Shown piece by piece: positions 1-9,717 of a DNA stretch of 51,753 bases. Position numbers and translations under genes: made by a program. The stretch is from positions 2,201 to 53,953 of the forward strand of contig CAYVSA010000005.1 of the NCBI GenBank assembly GCA_964454175.1. The letters run 5' to 3'. Position 1 is the stretch's first letter. Each line of letters opens with the position of its first letter. The notes under the pieces are model-generated. The model did not search any database. It was not told the origin of the DNA and saw nothing but the letters and a program-made list of their open reading frames with translations. The DNA comes from an uncultured Pseudomonadota bacterium (lineage in GTDB: Bacteria; BMS3Abin14).

Positions 1-697
1 TGAGTTCTGCTATCTTATCGTTAAGACGTTCTATCCGGCTCTGGGGCGGCTCTGAACGGCCTGCAAGATCGTTTCTTTCCTCGATGAGGCCGTCTCTCTC
101 GTCCTTCAGATCATCCAGTTCGTCTCTGTTTTTATCCAGTTCAGAGTTCGTCCTCTCCAGCTTTTCCCCAAGCTTTTTCCTCGCTTCCCTGACTTCAACC
201 TTCAATTCTCGCCGCAGCTTGTCTCTTTTGAAATTAAGCAATGCGATCTCCCGGTCTGCCTCCAACAGGGACAGTTCCAGTCTCCTTTGTCTTTCTCGCA
301 TGATCGCACCTCTGAGCGCCGCCGCCCTGGCTGCAGATTCGGCCCTGAGCCGCTCTGATTCCGGTGGCAGGAGGGACACCCTGATAACCCTGGTTCCAAT
401 GTTGACCTGGTTGAAGGCCTCTGCAGTGAGGGGGGCTGACCAGAACCTCTCGCTCGATATCTCGAATGGATAAATTTCGGCAAAAAGCTCCCCCGATTCT
501 GTCAGGAGTCCGAAGTCCATCTCCCTTGTGAGGCCGTCCCTGGATCCTGCCGGGACGGACACACTCATGGTCTCAGCATTGGTAAAATCGACCCTGTAAG
601 TTGCCTGTTTGTTTTCAGACGCTGCTTCAACGGCCAGGTATGATCCAGGAAGCAGAAGCGCAGCGACCATAAGAACTGCTGATATTTTTTTAGTCAT
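1..697 (-). CDS. Exported hypothetical protein with long coiled coil (3' end runs off the window; absent from the ORF track)
   Basis: Manual translation from ATG 697 is open to the edge: MTKKISAVLMVAALLLPGSYLAVEA (signal-peptide-like), a ~85 aa globular part, then charged heptads (RERQRRLELSLLEADREIALL...ELDKNRDELDDLKDERDGLIEERNDL). AGGGA RBS 8 nt upstream; 38 nt after the RND stop. Confidence 0.8.
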   Translation of the reverse strand, partial: MTKKISAVLMVAALLLPGSYLAVEAASENKQATYRVDFTNAETMSVSVPAGSRDGLTREMDFGLLTESGELFAEIYPFEISSERFWSAPLTAEAFNQVNIGTRVIRVSLLPPESERLRAESAARAAALRGAIMRERQRRLELSLLEADREIALLNFKRDKLRRELKVEVREARKKLGEKLERTNSELDKNRDELDDLKDERDGLIEERNDLAGRSEPPQSRIERLNDKIAEL

Positions 698-735
698 GTG
701 CCGTTTCCCTGACGCGTGCCCTATACAGATGAATT

Positions 736-3700
736 CTATTCCTGCAAAGCCGTCCCGGAACGGCCAAGCCGGTCACGAAACCACGAAACCATACCGCGAA
801 GGGACGCAGTCTCCGCAAGAGAATACAGCACTGGCACCACGATCAGGGTAAGCAGGGTTGCCACGGCAAGGCCGAAGATGACCGCCACCGCCATGGGAGC
901 CCACCACTGTGCTGACTCTCCTCCAACCTGCAGGCTGAAGGATTTGAAGTCGAAACTGACCCCCAGAGCCATCGGCGTGAGGCCAAGGATCGTGGTTATG
1001 GCAGTGAGCATGACCGGGCGGAATCGGACCGTACCGGCCCTGATAAGGGCTTCTGTCAGCTCCATACCCTGCTTTCTGAGCAGGTTAATGTAGTCTATGA
1101 GAACGATCGCGTTGTTCACTACGACTCCGGCAAGGGAGATAATGCCGATACCCGTCATAATGACACCGAAGGGCATTCTGGTGATGAGCAGACCCAGAAA
1201 AACTCCTATCAGGGACAGTATAACTGAAGAGATAACGATAAGGGACTGGGCCAGCGAGTTGAACTGGGTCAGCAGCACCAGGAAAATCAGGAATACAGCT
1301 ATCATGAAGGCCTTTCCCAGAAAAGCCGACGACCTTTCCTGCTCCTCGAAGTCGCCGCCGTAGGTGATCGAATAACCCGATGGAAGATCCAGTGCAGACA
1401 GGTGCCGCTGTACATCCTGAACGATCTCAAGAGAACTGCGCCCCGCATTAAAACCCGTGATCCTGATGAGCCGCTTCTGATCAAGGTGCCTGATAGCGCC
1501 AAAGCCTGTCCTGATCTCCAGGTGGGCCACCGACGATAGGGGTACAGGATTTCCAGCCCTGGTCGGGATCAGCAGGTTCTCGATCTGGGAGAGGGTCTTG
1601 CGATCCTTTTCGGGCAGCCTCGCTATAATGTCGTACTCATCTTTGCCTTCCCTGTAGTCGCCGATCTTCCACCCGTTGACCGCGGCCTTTACGGTATTGG
1701 ATATCTCGATGGTGGAAAGACCAAGGAGGGAAGCTTTTTCACGGTCCACGTGGACCGCTATTTCGGGTTTGGCTCTGGAGAGATCATCTTCAACATCTAC
1801 CAGCCCCGGTATCTGAGCCATTATCTCCTTGGCTTTTTCGATGAGAGAGGTGAGAACCTCCACGTCCTCCCCCTTGATCTTGACTACTACCGGCGCATCT
1901 ACAGGCGGCCCCATTCGTTCCTTTTCCACCTTGATGTCGGCACCAGTAATGCCCTTCAGGTCCCGCCTTATCCTGTCCACCACAACGGCAGAGCTCTCTT
2001 TCCGCTGCTCCTTTTCAACGAACTCTACCGAGACCTGGGCCCTTCTGGACTCACCGGCGCTCCCCCAGCCGGACCCGATACCTACTTCACCGGTCACGTA
2101 CCTGAGGTCAGGCTCTCCCGAAACGATCGATTCCACCTCTCTTGCCATGGCGTTGGTGGTGTCCAGGCTTGTTCCCTGAGGGGCCTTTATTGACACGATA
2201 GCCCTGTTTGGATCCGTTTCGGGAAACAGCTCCGTTTCCGGGTTTGAAGCGATGTAGACACTGGCAATGCCCAGGAGGAATGCAAAAGCAATAAAAATAG
2301 AAAGGAGACGATGTCTCAGGGAGATTTCCAGAAGCGAACGGTAACCCCTGACGATCGCCTTTTCCTGTCTGGTTTTATCGTCGCCCTTTTCCTTTTTCGC
2401 CACTCGAAGGTAAGCCGCACATACAACGGGGTTTATTACCAGGGCAACGAAAAGGGAGGCTGACAGTACTATTATGAGTGTCATGGGCAGGAATTTCATG
2501 AACTCTCCCATGATGTCAGGCCAGAAGAGCATGGGCCCGAAGGCACAGAGCGTCGTCACGGTTGAGGCGATAATGGGCCAGCCAACTTCAGATGCTGCCA
2601 GACTGGCGGCCTCCACCCTGCCCTTACCCTCCTCCATGTGCCTGTAAATATTCTCTACAATGACTATGGCATTGTCCACGAGCATGCCCAGGGCCAGAAT
2701 GAGGGAGAAGAGAACGACCATGTTGAGTGTTATCCCCATGACCTGGAGGACGGCAAACGATATGAGCATTGAAAATGGTATTGCCAGCGCAACAAAAAAA
2801 GCGCTCCTGATTCCCAGGAACAGGAACAGGACAACGAGAACCAGGACGAGGCCTGTGAGGATGTTGTTTTCCAACTCACCCACCATCCTCCTGATATCCT
2901 TGGACTCATTGAGCGTTACTGTGAATTCGACACCCGAGGGAAGGTGCGGCCTTGCTGCAGCCAGGAGAGCAAACACCTGGTCGGACACCTGTATGATGTT
3001 CTCACCAGTTCGCTTCTTGATAGATAGCGAAACACTGGGACGGTCGTTGATACGAGCGAAAGTCTTATGGTCCTCGAAAGTGTCGCTGATAACCGCAACG
3101 TCTTTCAGGTATATCGGTCTGCCGCCCCTGGCGACCAGTATCAGGTTGTCTATCTCTGACGGGTTTGTAAACTCACCGGGTATGCGCAGCATGTACTTAC
3201 CCTTGCCAAGGTCGATACTGCCTCCCGGAACATTGACGTTTTCCCTCTGTATCAGAGTCATGATCTCAGTGAAGCTCAGTCTGTAGGCAGCCATCCTCTC
3301 CGGATCGAACTCAACCCTGATCTCCCGCTCCCTGGAACCCGTTACATCTACCTCCAGAACTCCCGGGACCTCCTCGATCAGATCTTCCATCTCCTCAGCG
3401 ATCTTTTTGAGGACTCTTTCCCCCACATCGCCTGAAATGGCAACCATGAGAATGGGCCACTCTGAAAGGTTGATCTCGAAAACAGCCGGATCATTCTCCA
3501 GGTCTGTCGGCAGGTCACCCTTGGCCTGGTCAACCTTGTCACGTACACGCTGCATGGCTTCGTCGATATCCACATCAGGGATGAACTCTACCTCCACCAT
3601 GGAAGCGCCCTCCGCACTGACGGACCTTATCTCCTCGACATCCTTGACCGCCCTGAGCTTTCGTTCCAGGGGAAGGGTGATCAGGTTCTCAACATCCTCG

Positions 3701-3867
3701 GAAGCTGCTCCTTCGTAGGTCGTCTGAACAAGGATGATAGGGATGGTGATGTCTGGGTTGGACTCTCGGGGCAGTGTCACATAGCTGAAAAGCCCTGCGA
3801 TGAAAATGATCAACATGAGGGCGAAGATCGTGCTTCGCCTGGCAATAGCTGAATCGGTGATGAGCAT
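736..3867 (-). CDS. RND efflux transporter permease subunit (AcrB/AcrD/AcrF family)
   Basis: 1043 aa, two-repeat RND layout; LPRESNPDITIP, GMLVDNAIVIVEN, RFRPVMLT; adjacent MFP and TolC. Confidence 0.95.
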   Translation of the reverse strand: MLITDSAIARRSTIFALMLIIFIAGLFSYVTLPRESNPDITIPIILVQTTYEGAASEDVENLITLPLERKLRAVKDVEEIRSVSAEGASMVEVEFIPDVDIDEAMQRVRDKVDQAKGDLPTDLENDPAVFEINLSEWPILMVAISGDVGERVLKKIAEEMEDLIEEVPGVLEVDVTGSREREIRVEFDPERMAAYRLSFTEIMTLIQRENVNVPGGSIDLGKGKYMLRIPGEFTNPSEIDNLILVARGGRPIYLKDVAVISDTFEDHKTFARINDRPSVSLSIKKRTGENIIQVSDQVFALLAAARPHLPSGVEFTVTLNESKDIRRMVGELENNILTGLVLVLVVLFLFLGIRSAFFVALAIPFSMLISFAVLQVMGITLNMVVLFSLILALGMLVDNAIVIVENIYRHMEEGKGRVEAASLAASEVGWPIIASTVTTLCAFGPMLFWPDIMGEFMKFLPMTLIIVLSASLFVALVINPVVCAAYLRVAKKEKGDDKTRQEKAIVRGYRSLLEISLRHRLLSIFIAFAFLLGIASVYIASNPETELFPETDPNRAIVSIKAPQGTSLDTTNAMAREVESIVSGEPDLRYVTGEVGIGSGWGSAGESRRAQVSVEFVEKEQRKESSAVVVDRIRRDLKGITGADIKVEKERMGPPVDAPVVVKIKGEDVEVLTSLIEKAKEIMAQIPGLVDVEDDLSRAKPEIAVHVDREKASLLGLSTIEISNTVKAAVNGWKIGDYREGKDEYDIIARLPEKDRKTLSQIENLLIPTRAGNPVPLSSVAHLEIRTGFGAIRHLDQKRLIRITGFNAGRSSLEIVQDVQRHLSALDLPSGYSITYGGDFEEQERSSAFLGKAFMIAVFLIFLVLLTQFNSLAQSLIVISSVILSLIGVFLGLLITRMPFGVIMTGIGIISLAGVVVNNAIVLIDYINLLRKQGMELTEALIRAGTVRFRPVMLTAITTILGLTPMALGVSFDFKSFSLQVGGESAQWWAPMAVAVIFGLAVATLLTLIVVPVLYSLAETASLRGMVSWFRDRLGRSGTALQE

Positions 3868-3873
3868 CTTCGG

Positions 3874-4983
3874 CTATCCTTCCTTTCCCTGCTGCTCCAC
3901 AATATTTACCGGCCCACCGTCACTGACAAGCTGTTGTCCTTTAACGATGAGGTTCTCACCTTCCTGCAGCCCGCCATGGACTACCACACTCCCGTTCAGG
4001 ATCGGTCCCAGGTGGACCTTCCGCTCTGTTGCGCTTCCGTTCTCCACCACGAAGAGAAATTTCTCGCCGTCCCTGTCGATGATGGAATACAGGGGAACTA
4101 CAAGTACATCCTCAAGGATACGTCTGACAAAACGTACGCGGACTATCATGCCGGGGCGCAGCAGGCCCCTGCTGTTGTCCATCTCTATTCTGGTGGGGTA
4201 TGTCCTGGTCATCTCGTCTGCCTGATAGCTCACATGGATGATCTTGCCGTCCTGACCTCTAACATCCGTGCCCATGATACCGGCGGGCAGCACCATGACC
4301 TTCTGTCCAGTTCTTATGGCGCCAACGTCCTTTTCCGGGACATCCACGATCACCTTCAGGCGATCCACCTTGACCACTACAGCGGCTGGCATCCCGATGT
4401 TCCCGTACTCTCCCCTGTCCACTTTAAGATCGTCAAGAATGCCTTCGATGGGACTCCTTAAGGTCGTCTTCCTCAGTGCTATATCCGTCTGCTCCAGCGT
4501 TGATCTTGCCGACTCGAAATCTTTGCGAGCTTCATCAAAGTCCCGCTCACTGATAAGTTTTTCAGAAAGCAGGGATTCGGCCCGGTCCAGCTGTTTCTTC
4601 TTCACATCGAAATCGACCCTGTTCCTGTCGTGCTGACTCTGCAGGGTTTCGCTGTCGATCCTCAAGATGGCTTCACCTGCCTTTACCGGGTCTCCCTCGC
4701 TTGGGCCTACCCACCTTATAGGTCCTGCCTGTTCCAGCGACAGGGTGAGGTTCTCCCACGCCTCCAGCGTCCCTGGCAGGGTAAATTTCTCCTCAACATT
4801 TTCTGTTACCATCTTTCTGACAACAACATTGGTGGGCTTTATCTCTCTCGCCACTTCCGGAGGGGCTTTTTCGGGAGGTGCCTGACTGCTTTTCCCGTTA
4901 CTGACGACGAGGATCCCCACCGCTGCCACCGCCAAACCGATCACGGTTATCAGCCAAAACTTTCTGGATGGTGCTTTTCTCAT
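3874..4983 (-). CDS. RND periplasmic adaptor (membrane fusion protein)
   Basis: N-terminal TM anchor, hairpin coiled coil, LRSPIEGIL lipoyl-like motif, LRPGM beta-barrel motif. Start moved from 5040 to ATG 4983 (GGAGGG RBS; avoids overlapping TolC). Confidence 0.92.
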   Translation of the reverse strand: MRKAPSRKFWLITVIGLAVAAVGILVVSNGKSSQAPPEKAPPEVAREIKPTNVVVRKMVTENVEEKFTLPGTLEAWENLTLSLEQAGPIRWVGPSEGDPVKAGEAILRIDSETLQSQHDRNRVDFDVKKKQLDRAESLLSEKLISERDFDEARKDFESARSTLEQTDIALRKTTLRSPIEGILDDLKVDRGEYGNIGMPAAVVVKVDRLKVIVDVPEKDVGAIRTGQKVMVLPAGIMGTDVRGQDGKIIHVSYQADEMTRTYPTRIEMDNSRGLLRPGMIVRVRFVRRILEDVLVVPLYSIIDRDGEKFLFVVENGSATERKVHLGPILNGSVVVHGGLQEGENLIVKGQQLVSDGGPVNIVEQQGKEG

Positions 4984-5002
4984 TGTTCCGCCCTCCAGGA
5001 CT

Positions 5003-6322
5003 TTATTCAAAATTGAAGACACCCAGGTCAAGGGCGCCAATGGAATAGAGGAGAGCAGCCCGCGCTATCCTCGTATTGTACTTGTGGTTAACTGACATAT
5101 TCTCCGATTCGGCCAGGCCATCCTGTGCAGCCAGAACATCCAGGTCGGTGGCCGCGCCCAGGTCGAACTGGATCCGGGCAAGACGGTAGTTTTCCCGGGC
5201 ACTATCCAGGCTTGACCTGACCAGATCCTTCTGCGCATCGAGGGCAAGGAGTCCACGATACGCTTCTTCCACCTCAAGGTCAGACGCTTTCAAAAGCTTG
5301 CCGTGGGATTCTTCAGCCTGCCTCACTCTGGACGTGGCTTCCTTCGACTGCAGCCTTACCAGCCCGCCCTGGAAAAATGGCCACTCCAGGCTCAGAGCGA
5401 CTTGCTTTTCGGGGACAAAAGGAGCCTGATCGGAATACTGTGTGTAGGATGCGGACAGGTTCAGAGTTGGATTACCGCCTGCCTTGACAAGCCTGGCTTC
5501 CTGTTCACTGATCCTGACCATTTCCGCAGATTGCAGGAGGTCAGGTCTGTTTGTTCTTGCGGACACTACATACTCATTCAGCGCCAACTCCTCCAGATCC
5601 ACATCCGGGGGAAGGGTCACTCGGACTTGCCCATCTGCACCGATGAGCTGGGCAAGCCGCTTCTTTGAGAGCGCAAGCTCCTTTTCGGCCTCCACACGGT
5701 CCCTCTGTGCCGCGGTGAGAGCAACTCTGGCAGAGAGAACATCAGTTTTCGAAGCCTGACCGACCTCGAGCTTTGCCTGCGAAGAGCGCAGCTGCTCTTT
5801 CACCCTGTCGATCCGGCGGTCCTCCAGCAGCAGCAGCTCTTCGGCTGTCAGAACCTGGTACGATCTGGCCACCAGGTCCATCAGAACACCCTCTTTAGCG
5901 TACTCAACCCCATACTCTGCCGCTTTGAATGTATATTGGGCGCCTTTTCGAGCGGTCCAGACACGGCCTCCGTTGTACAGGGTCTGGTTAAGGTTGAATC
6001 CCCAGGTTGTGTTCTCAAGAGTGGAGCCGTCGTCATAATACAGCTTTGAGGCGCCGGCTGTTGCCGTCAGGTTTGGGAAAAGAACGGTAATTGCCTGCTT
6101 TTTTAAAAGCCGCGCCTGCTCCAGCCCCTCGGTAGCGATCCTGATGTCGTTATTTGCTCCCAGAGCCATTGAATAGGCTTCCCGCAGGTCCAGGTCAGCG
6201 TCAGCGGCCCGGACACCGGTACTGGACAGTGACACAGCCGCTGCGATCACCATGATCACAAAAAGCATTGCCGGGGAGTTGGGGCTCCCAGCAGCCGGAG
6301 AACGGTCTTTAAATATTGTCAT
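5003..6322 (-). CDS. TolC-family outer membrane efflux protein
   Basis: Signal-like segment, two OEP repeats (ARIQFDLGAATDLDVLAAQ; KLEVGQASKTDVLSA). Start could be ATG 6268. Confidence 0.92.
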   Translation of the reverse strand: MTIFKDRSPAAGSPNSPAMLFVIMVIAAAVSLSSTGVRAADADLDLREAYSMALGANNDIRIATEGLEQARLLKKQAITVLFPNLTATAGASKLYYDDGSTLENTTWGFNLNQTLYNGGRVWTARKGAQYTFKAAEYGVEYAKEGVLMDLVARSYQVLTAEELLLLEDRRIDRVKEQLRSSQAKLEVGQASKTDVLSARVALTAAQRDRVEAEKELALSKKRLAQLIGADGQVRVTLPPDVDLEELALNEYVVSARTNRPDLLQSAEMVRISEQEARLVKAGGNPTLNLSASYTQYSDQAPFVPEKQVALSLEWPFFQGGLVRLQSKEATSRVRQAEESHGKLLKASDLEVEEAYRGLLALDAQKDLVRSSLDSARENYRLARIQFDLGAATDLDVLAAQDGLAESENMSVNHKYNTRIARAALLYSIGALDLGVFNFE

Positions 6323-6935
6323 TTCCTACCCCCTCCCCCGCACATTCCACCTCTTTTGCCTGGTTCTGGACAGCCAGGCTCCTGCGGCAGAACTCAACTA
6401 TCTCCCCTGAAATATCCGGTATTTTCAAAAGTCCATGGACCTGGGTATGGTGCATGCCAATTATAAGGAAGTGGAGCAGCAATGCAGTATTTTCGGGTGT
6501 GACAGCCCTTATACTGCCATCGTTGACTCCTTTCCTGATACATTCCCTTTTTGCGTTGATAATCTTCTGCATCAGGGAACTGAAATAGACGTGAAGATCA
6601 TTTGAGTCAGTGTCAAGGACCCTCGTCTCCCGAAAAGCCACCGCAATAGAATCGGATCTTTCCCCGAGAAATGAGAGGCTGAAATTAAGAACTCGTTCCA
6701 GGCATTCCCACCCTGTACCAGGGCCGTCTGCTGCTGCTTCAATTCCCTTGACATAGGACAAAACGAGTTCATCGCATATTGAAACCAGGAGATTTTCCTT
6801 GCTGCCGAAGTGGTGAAATACAGTCCCCTGCGCTACTCCCGCAGATTGAGCGATCTCTGATGAGGCCGTTCCATTGAAGCCCTTTCTCGCGAAAAGCTCC
6901 GTGGCTGCTTCAAGTATCTTCTCTTTTCTCGACAT
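6309..6935 (-). CDS. TetR/AcrR-family transcriptional regulator
   Basis: ILEAATELFARKGFNGTASSEIAQSAGVAQGTVFHHFGSKENL is a TetR HTH; overlaps the TolC start by 14 nt. Confidence 0.95.
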   Translation of the reverse strand: MSRKEKILEAATELFARKGFNGTASSEIAQSAGVAQGTVFHHFGSKENLLVSICDELVLSYVKGIEAAADGPGTGWECLERVLNFSLSFLGERSDSIAVAFRETRVLDTDSNDLHVYFSSLMQKIINAKRECIRKGVNDGSIRAVTPENTALLLHFLIIGMHHTQVHGLLKIPDISGEIVEFCRRSLAVQNQAKEVECAGEGVGNDNI

Positions 6936-6972
6936 GTATTGATCTCCGGATTGTTGTTTAAAAGTGTCGCAC

Positions 6973-7017
6973 TGACTGACTGGTCAGTCAATATACAGCA
7001 ATAAAGCTTTATGTCAA
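6973..7017 (-). promoter_or_regulatory. Sigma70-like promoter with perfect palindromic operator of the tetR-efflux operon
   Basis: TTGACA (7017-7012), 16 nt, TATATT (6995-6990); palindrome TGACTGAC-TG-GTCAGTCA at 6973-6990 touches the -10 and covers the expected start site. Confidence 0.8.
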
Positions 7018-7229
7018 GATAAGATTCAGGGGAAAGGTTCCATTTCTGATCAGAATGAAGTCCGCCCCCATTGTTTTTCTGCTATTCTGTTTACATCCCT
7101 GATTTGCAGGTGTATTTACGCTGTCGATCTGTCTATCCGCAGCAGGCCTGCAGCTTTGCCACCTGCGCGGCCTTCCTTCACGGCCGGATATTGAAAGAAT
7201 ATTAATGTTTGTCCTATGAGGAGGATGAA

Positions 7230-8402
7230 ATGAAAAAGAAGCAGGAATTTTCTACACTTTGTGTACACGGCGGCGAGCTGATGGGACCGGATGGTTCGCC
7301 ACATACTCCCATTTACAACTCCACCACCTTCCGGTTCCCCTCCACAGCCGACCTGTTGGACGTCGTGGAGGGCAGAAAAGAAGGGAATCTCTATACCCGC
7401 TACGGTCTGAACCCAACCATAAGAAGCCTGGAGACAAAGCTCGCAGGTCTGGAAAATGCCGAGTCCGCCCTGGTTTTCGCATCAGGAATGGCCGCTGAAG
7501 CCGCTCTTTTCCTCTCGCACGGTCGCAAAGGTATAGTGTGCCTCGGAAACGCCTACGGTGGAACTCTGGAATTACTTGCCGACCAGATGCCGCTTCTGGG
7601 GATCACTACATACCTGCCCATTGAAGTCGACTCTCACAAGCTCGAAGAGATCCTGAAAAACCGACCCGGGCTTGTCTTTTTTGAAACTCCAACTAACCCG
7701 ACCATGGAATTATTCGACATAAGGATCATCTCAGAACTCGCCCACTCCTACGATGCTCTCGTTGCCATCGACAACACCTTCGCATCCCCCGTTAACCAGC
7801 AGGTACTGGAACTGGGGGCCGACATTGCAGTTCACAGTGCCACAAAGTACCTGGGCGGGCACAGCGACATCACCGGCGGGGCGATCATGGCTTCAGCCGA
7901 ACTCATTGAGAGTATACTGCCCTGGCGCAAGAACCTTGGACAGATGATGGCACCGGAGACAGCTTCAATGCTCTCAAGGAGCATCCGTACTCTACCCATA
8001 AGGGTCGAGCGGCAGAACAGGAGTGCTGAGGCGGTTGCAACGGCCATGGTACAACACCCGAAGATCTCTCGAGTACTTTACCCCGGGCTTCAGGGTTTTC
8101 CGGAACACCACCTGGCAAAAAGTCAGATGTCCGGGTTCGGCGGGATGCTGACTCTTGAAGTTGACGGTTCAGGTGATGATGCAGCGAAAGTTGTGGACAA
8201 CCTGAAGATCATCATGATAGCTGCCAGCCTCGGTGGCGTTGAGAGCCTGGCCACCCAGCCCATTACCACCACCCACCACGGCCTCACCCCGCAGGAAAGG
8301 GCGCAAAGGGGGATCACCGACTCGATGATCCGCATCTCGGTCGGCATGGAGGACGCGGGGGACCTGATCGCTGATCTGAACGGGGCGTTGGATAAAATAT
8401 AG
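7230..8402 (+). CDS. PLP-dependent trans-sulfuration enzyme (cystathionine gamma-synthase/lyase or methionine gamma-lyase family)
   Basis: YTRYGLNPT, FETPTNP, IDNTFASP, PLP lysine HSATKYLGGHSD, ASLGGVESL, IRISVGMED; GAGGAGG RBS before ATG 7230. Confidence 0.92.
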   Translation: MKKKQEFSTLCVHGGELMGPDGSPHTPIYNSTTFRFPSTADLLDVVEGRKEGNLYTRYGLNPTIRSLETKLAGLENAESALVFASGMAAEAALFLSHGRKGIVCLGNAYGGTLELLADQMPLLGITTYLPIEVDSHKLEEILKNRPGLVFFETPTNPTMELFDIRIISELAHSYDALVAIDNTFASPVNQQVLELGADIAVHSATKYLGGHSDITGGAIMASAELIESILPWRKNLGQMMAPETASMLSRSIRTLPIRVERQNRSAEAVATAMVQHPKISRVLYPGLQGFPEHHLAKSQMSGFGGMLTLEVDGSGDDAAKVVDNLKIIMIAASLGGVESLATQPITTTHHGLTPQERAQRGITDSMIRISVGMEDAGDLIADLNGALDKI

Positions 8403-8411
8403 CAATAGAGA

Positions 8412-8453
8412 TTGGGCGTTGGTCATTGGACATTGGTCATTGGTCGTTGGACC
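8412..8453. repeat. Tandem heptamer tract TTGGNCN x6
   Basis: ttgggcg ttggtca ttggaca ttggtca ttggtcg ttggacc between two convergent stop codons. Confidence 0.85.
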
Positions 8454-8463
8454 GGCTCGCGAA

Positions 8464-9567
8464 TCACTGTCCCGCAAGCCTGACCACCTCCTCCGCGATC
8501 GCCATCGACGCCGTCAGGCCGGGGGATTCGATACCGTAGAGGTTCACCAGTCCTCCTATACCGTGGCTCTCAGGCCCCTGGATCATGAAATCGGCAGCCG
8601 CTGCGTCAGGACCAGTGATCTTTGCCCTTATCCCGGAATAATCCGGATGCAGGGACCCCTCGGGAAGACCTGGCCAGTACTTTCTTATCGACTCGTAGAA
8701 AGATCCGGCGCGGCACGGATCGACAGAGTAATCCACACTCTCAACCCACTGGGTATCCGGTCCGAAACGGACCTTGCCAGCGAGATCGAAGGTGAGGTGA
8801 ATACCAAGGCTCTCTTCACCGGGAATGGGGTAGATCAGGTGTTCGAAGGGTGCGCTGCCTGATATGGCAAAGTAGTTGCCCTTGCACATATAAGACGGCG
8901 GGATACTCTGTAGTGGAACCCCCTCGATGGAGTGAGCAACAAAAGGGGCGTGGACCCCGCCGCAGTTTATAACTGTGCGGCATAAAACGATCATAGGCTC
9001 CTGCCCGCCCACATCAAGGACTATGCCCTCATCCGCGACGCGTCCACCCACGACACGGGTACCCAGAACCAGGTCTGCGCCTCCCTCCCTGCAATCTCTG
9101 AGAAGCGCCTCCATGAGGGAATGGCTGTCTACGATCCCCGTAGAAGGTGAAAGGATCCCTGCCTCGCCGTCGAGCCCAGGTTCAACCGCGCGCAGGTCCT
9201 TTCCACTGAGCTGCACCAGATCATCCACACCGTTCTTCCTGGCCTGGACCAGCAGCCTTTCGAGCTCCCGGACCTCCCCTTCACCAGCGGCGGTTATTAC
9301 CTTTCCGATCCGTTTGTGATCGATCCCCCGCTCTGTGCAGTATTCGTACATCAGATCTCTGCCGCGGATGCAGAGCCTTGCCTTGAGACTGCCGGGAGGG
9401 TAGTAGATCCCGGCGTGTATAACCTCGCTGTTCCTGGAGGACGCCTCGTTCCCGATCCCATCCATTGCCTCGAGGATAAAAACTTCACGTCCCGATAAGG
9501 CCATTTCCCTGCCAACGGCAAGCCCGACAATGCCGGCGCCTATTATTATGCAGTCCAGTTTCTCCAC
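8464..9567 (-). CDS. FAD-dependent oxidoreductase, L-2-hydroxyglutarate oxidase (LhgO)-like
   Basis: IIIGAGIVG Rossmann motif, SSRNSEVIHAGIYY, LGIHLT, YGIESPGLTASMAIA; start moved to GTG 9567 (AGAGGG RBS). Confidence 0.85.
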   Translation of the reverse strand: MEKLDCIIIGAGIVGLAVGREMALSGREVFILEAMDGIGNEASSRNSEVIHAGIYYPPGSLKARLCIRGRDLMYEYCTERGIDHKRIGKVITAAGEGEVRELERLLVQARKNGVDDLVQLSGKDLRAVEPGLDGEAGILSPSTGIVDSHSLMEALLRDCREGGADLVLGTRVVGGRVADEGIVLDVGGQEPMIVLCRTVINCGGVHAPFVAHSIEGVPLQSIPPSYMCKGNYFAISGSAPFEHLIYPIPGEESLGIHLTFDLAGKVRFGPDTQWVESVDYSVDPCRAGSFYESIRKYWPGLPEGSLHPDYSGIRAKITGPDAAAADFMIQGPESHGIGGLVNLYGIESPGLTASMAIAEEVVRLAGQ

Positions 9568-9572
9568 AATCC

Positions 9573-9621
9573 CTCTTGCCTTCTGCCTCCTGCCTGGGTT
9601 CAGTTTCTGGTTTCTTGTCTC
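9573..9621. repeat. Degenerate heptamer tract (CTYYTGC x3, then a linker and TGGTTTC-like units)
   Basis: ctcttgc cttctgc ctcctgc ctgggtt cagtttc tggtttc ttgtctc. Confidence 0.6.
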
Positions 9622-9679
9622 CCTTACCTCAACACCCATAACTCATCTGCGAACCCGGTGGCTCTGTTGTGAAAACACG

Positions 9680-9707
9680 TTGGCCGTTGGACACTGGACG
9701 TTGGACA
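9680..9707. repeat. Tandem heptamer tract TTGGNCN x4
   Basis: ttggccg ttggaca ctggacg ttggaca; same family and orientation as 8412-8453. Confidence 0.8.
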
Positions 9708-9717
9708 CGTCAGAGTT

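Noticed and set aside
8412-8453. Heptamer tracts as a CRISPR array
   Set aside because: 7-nt tandem units without spacers and no cas genes.
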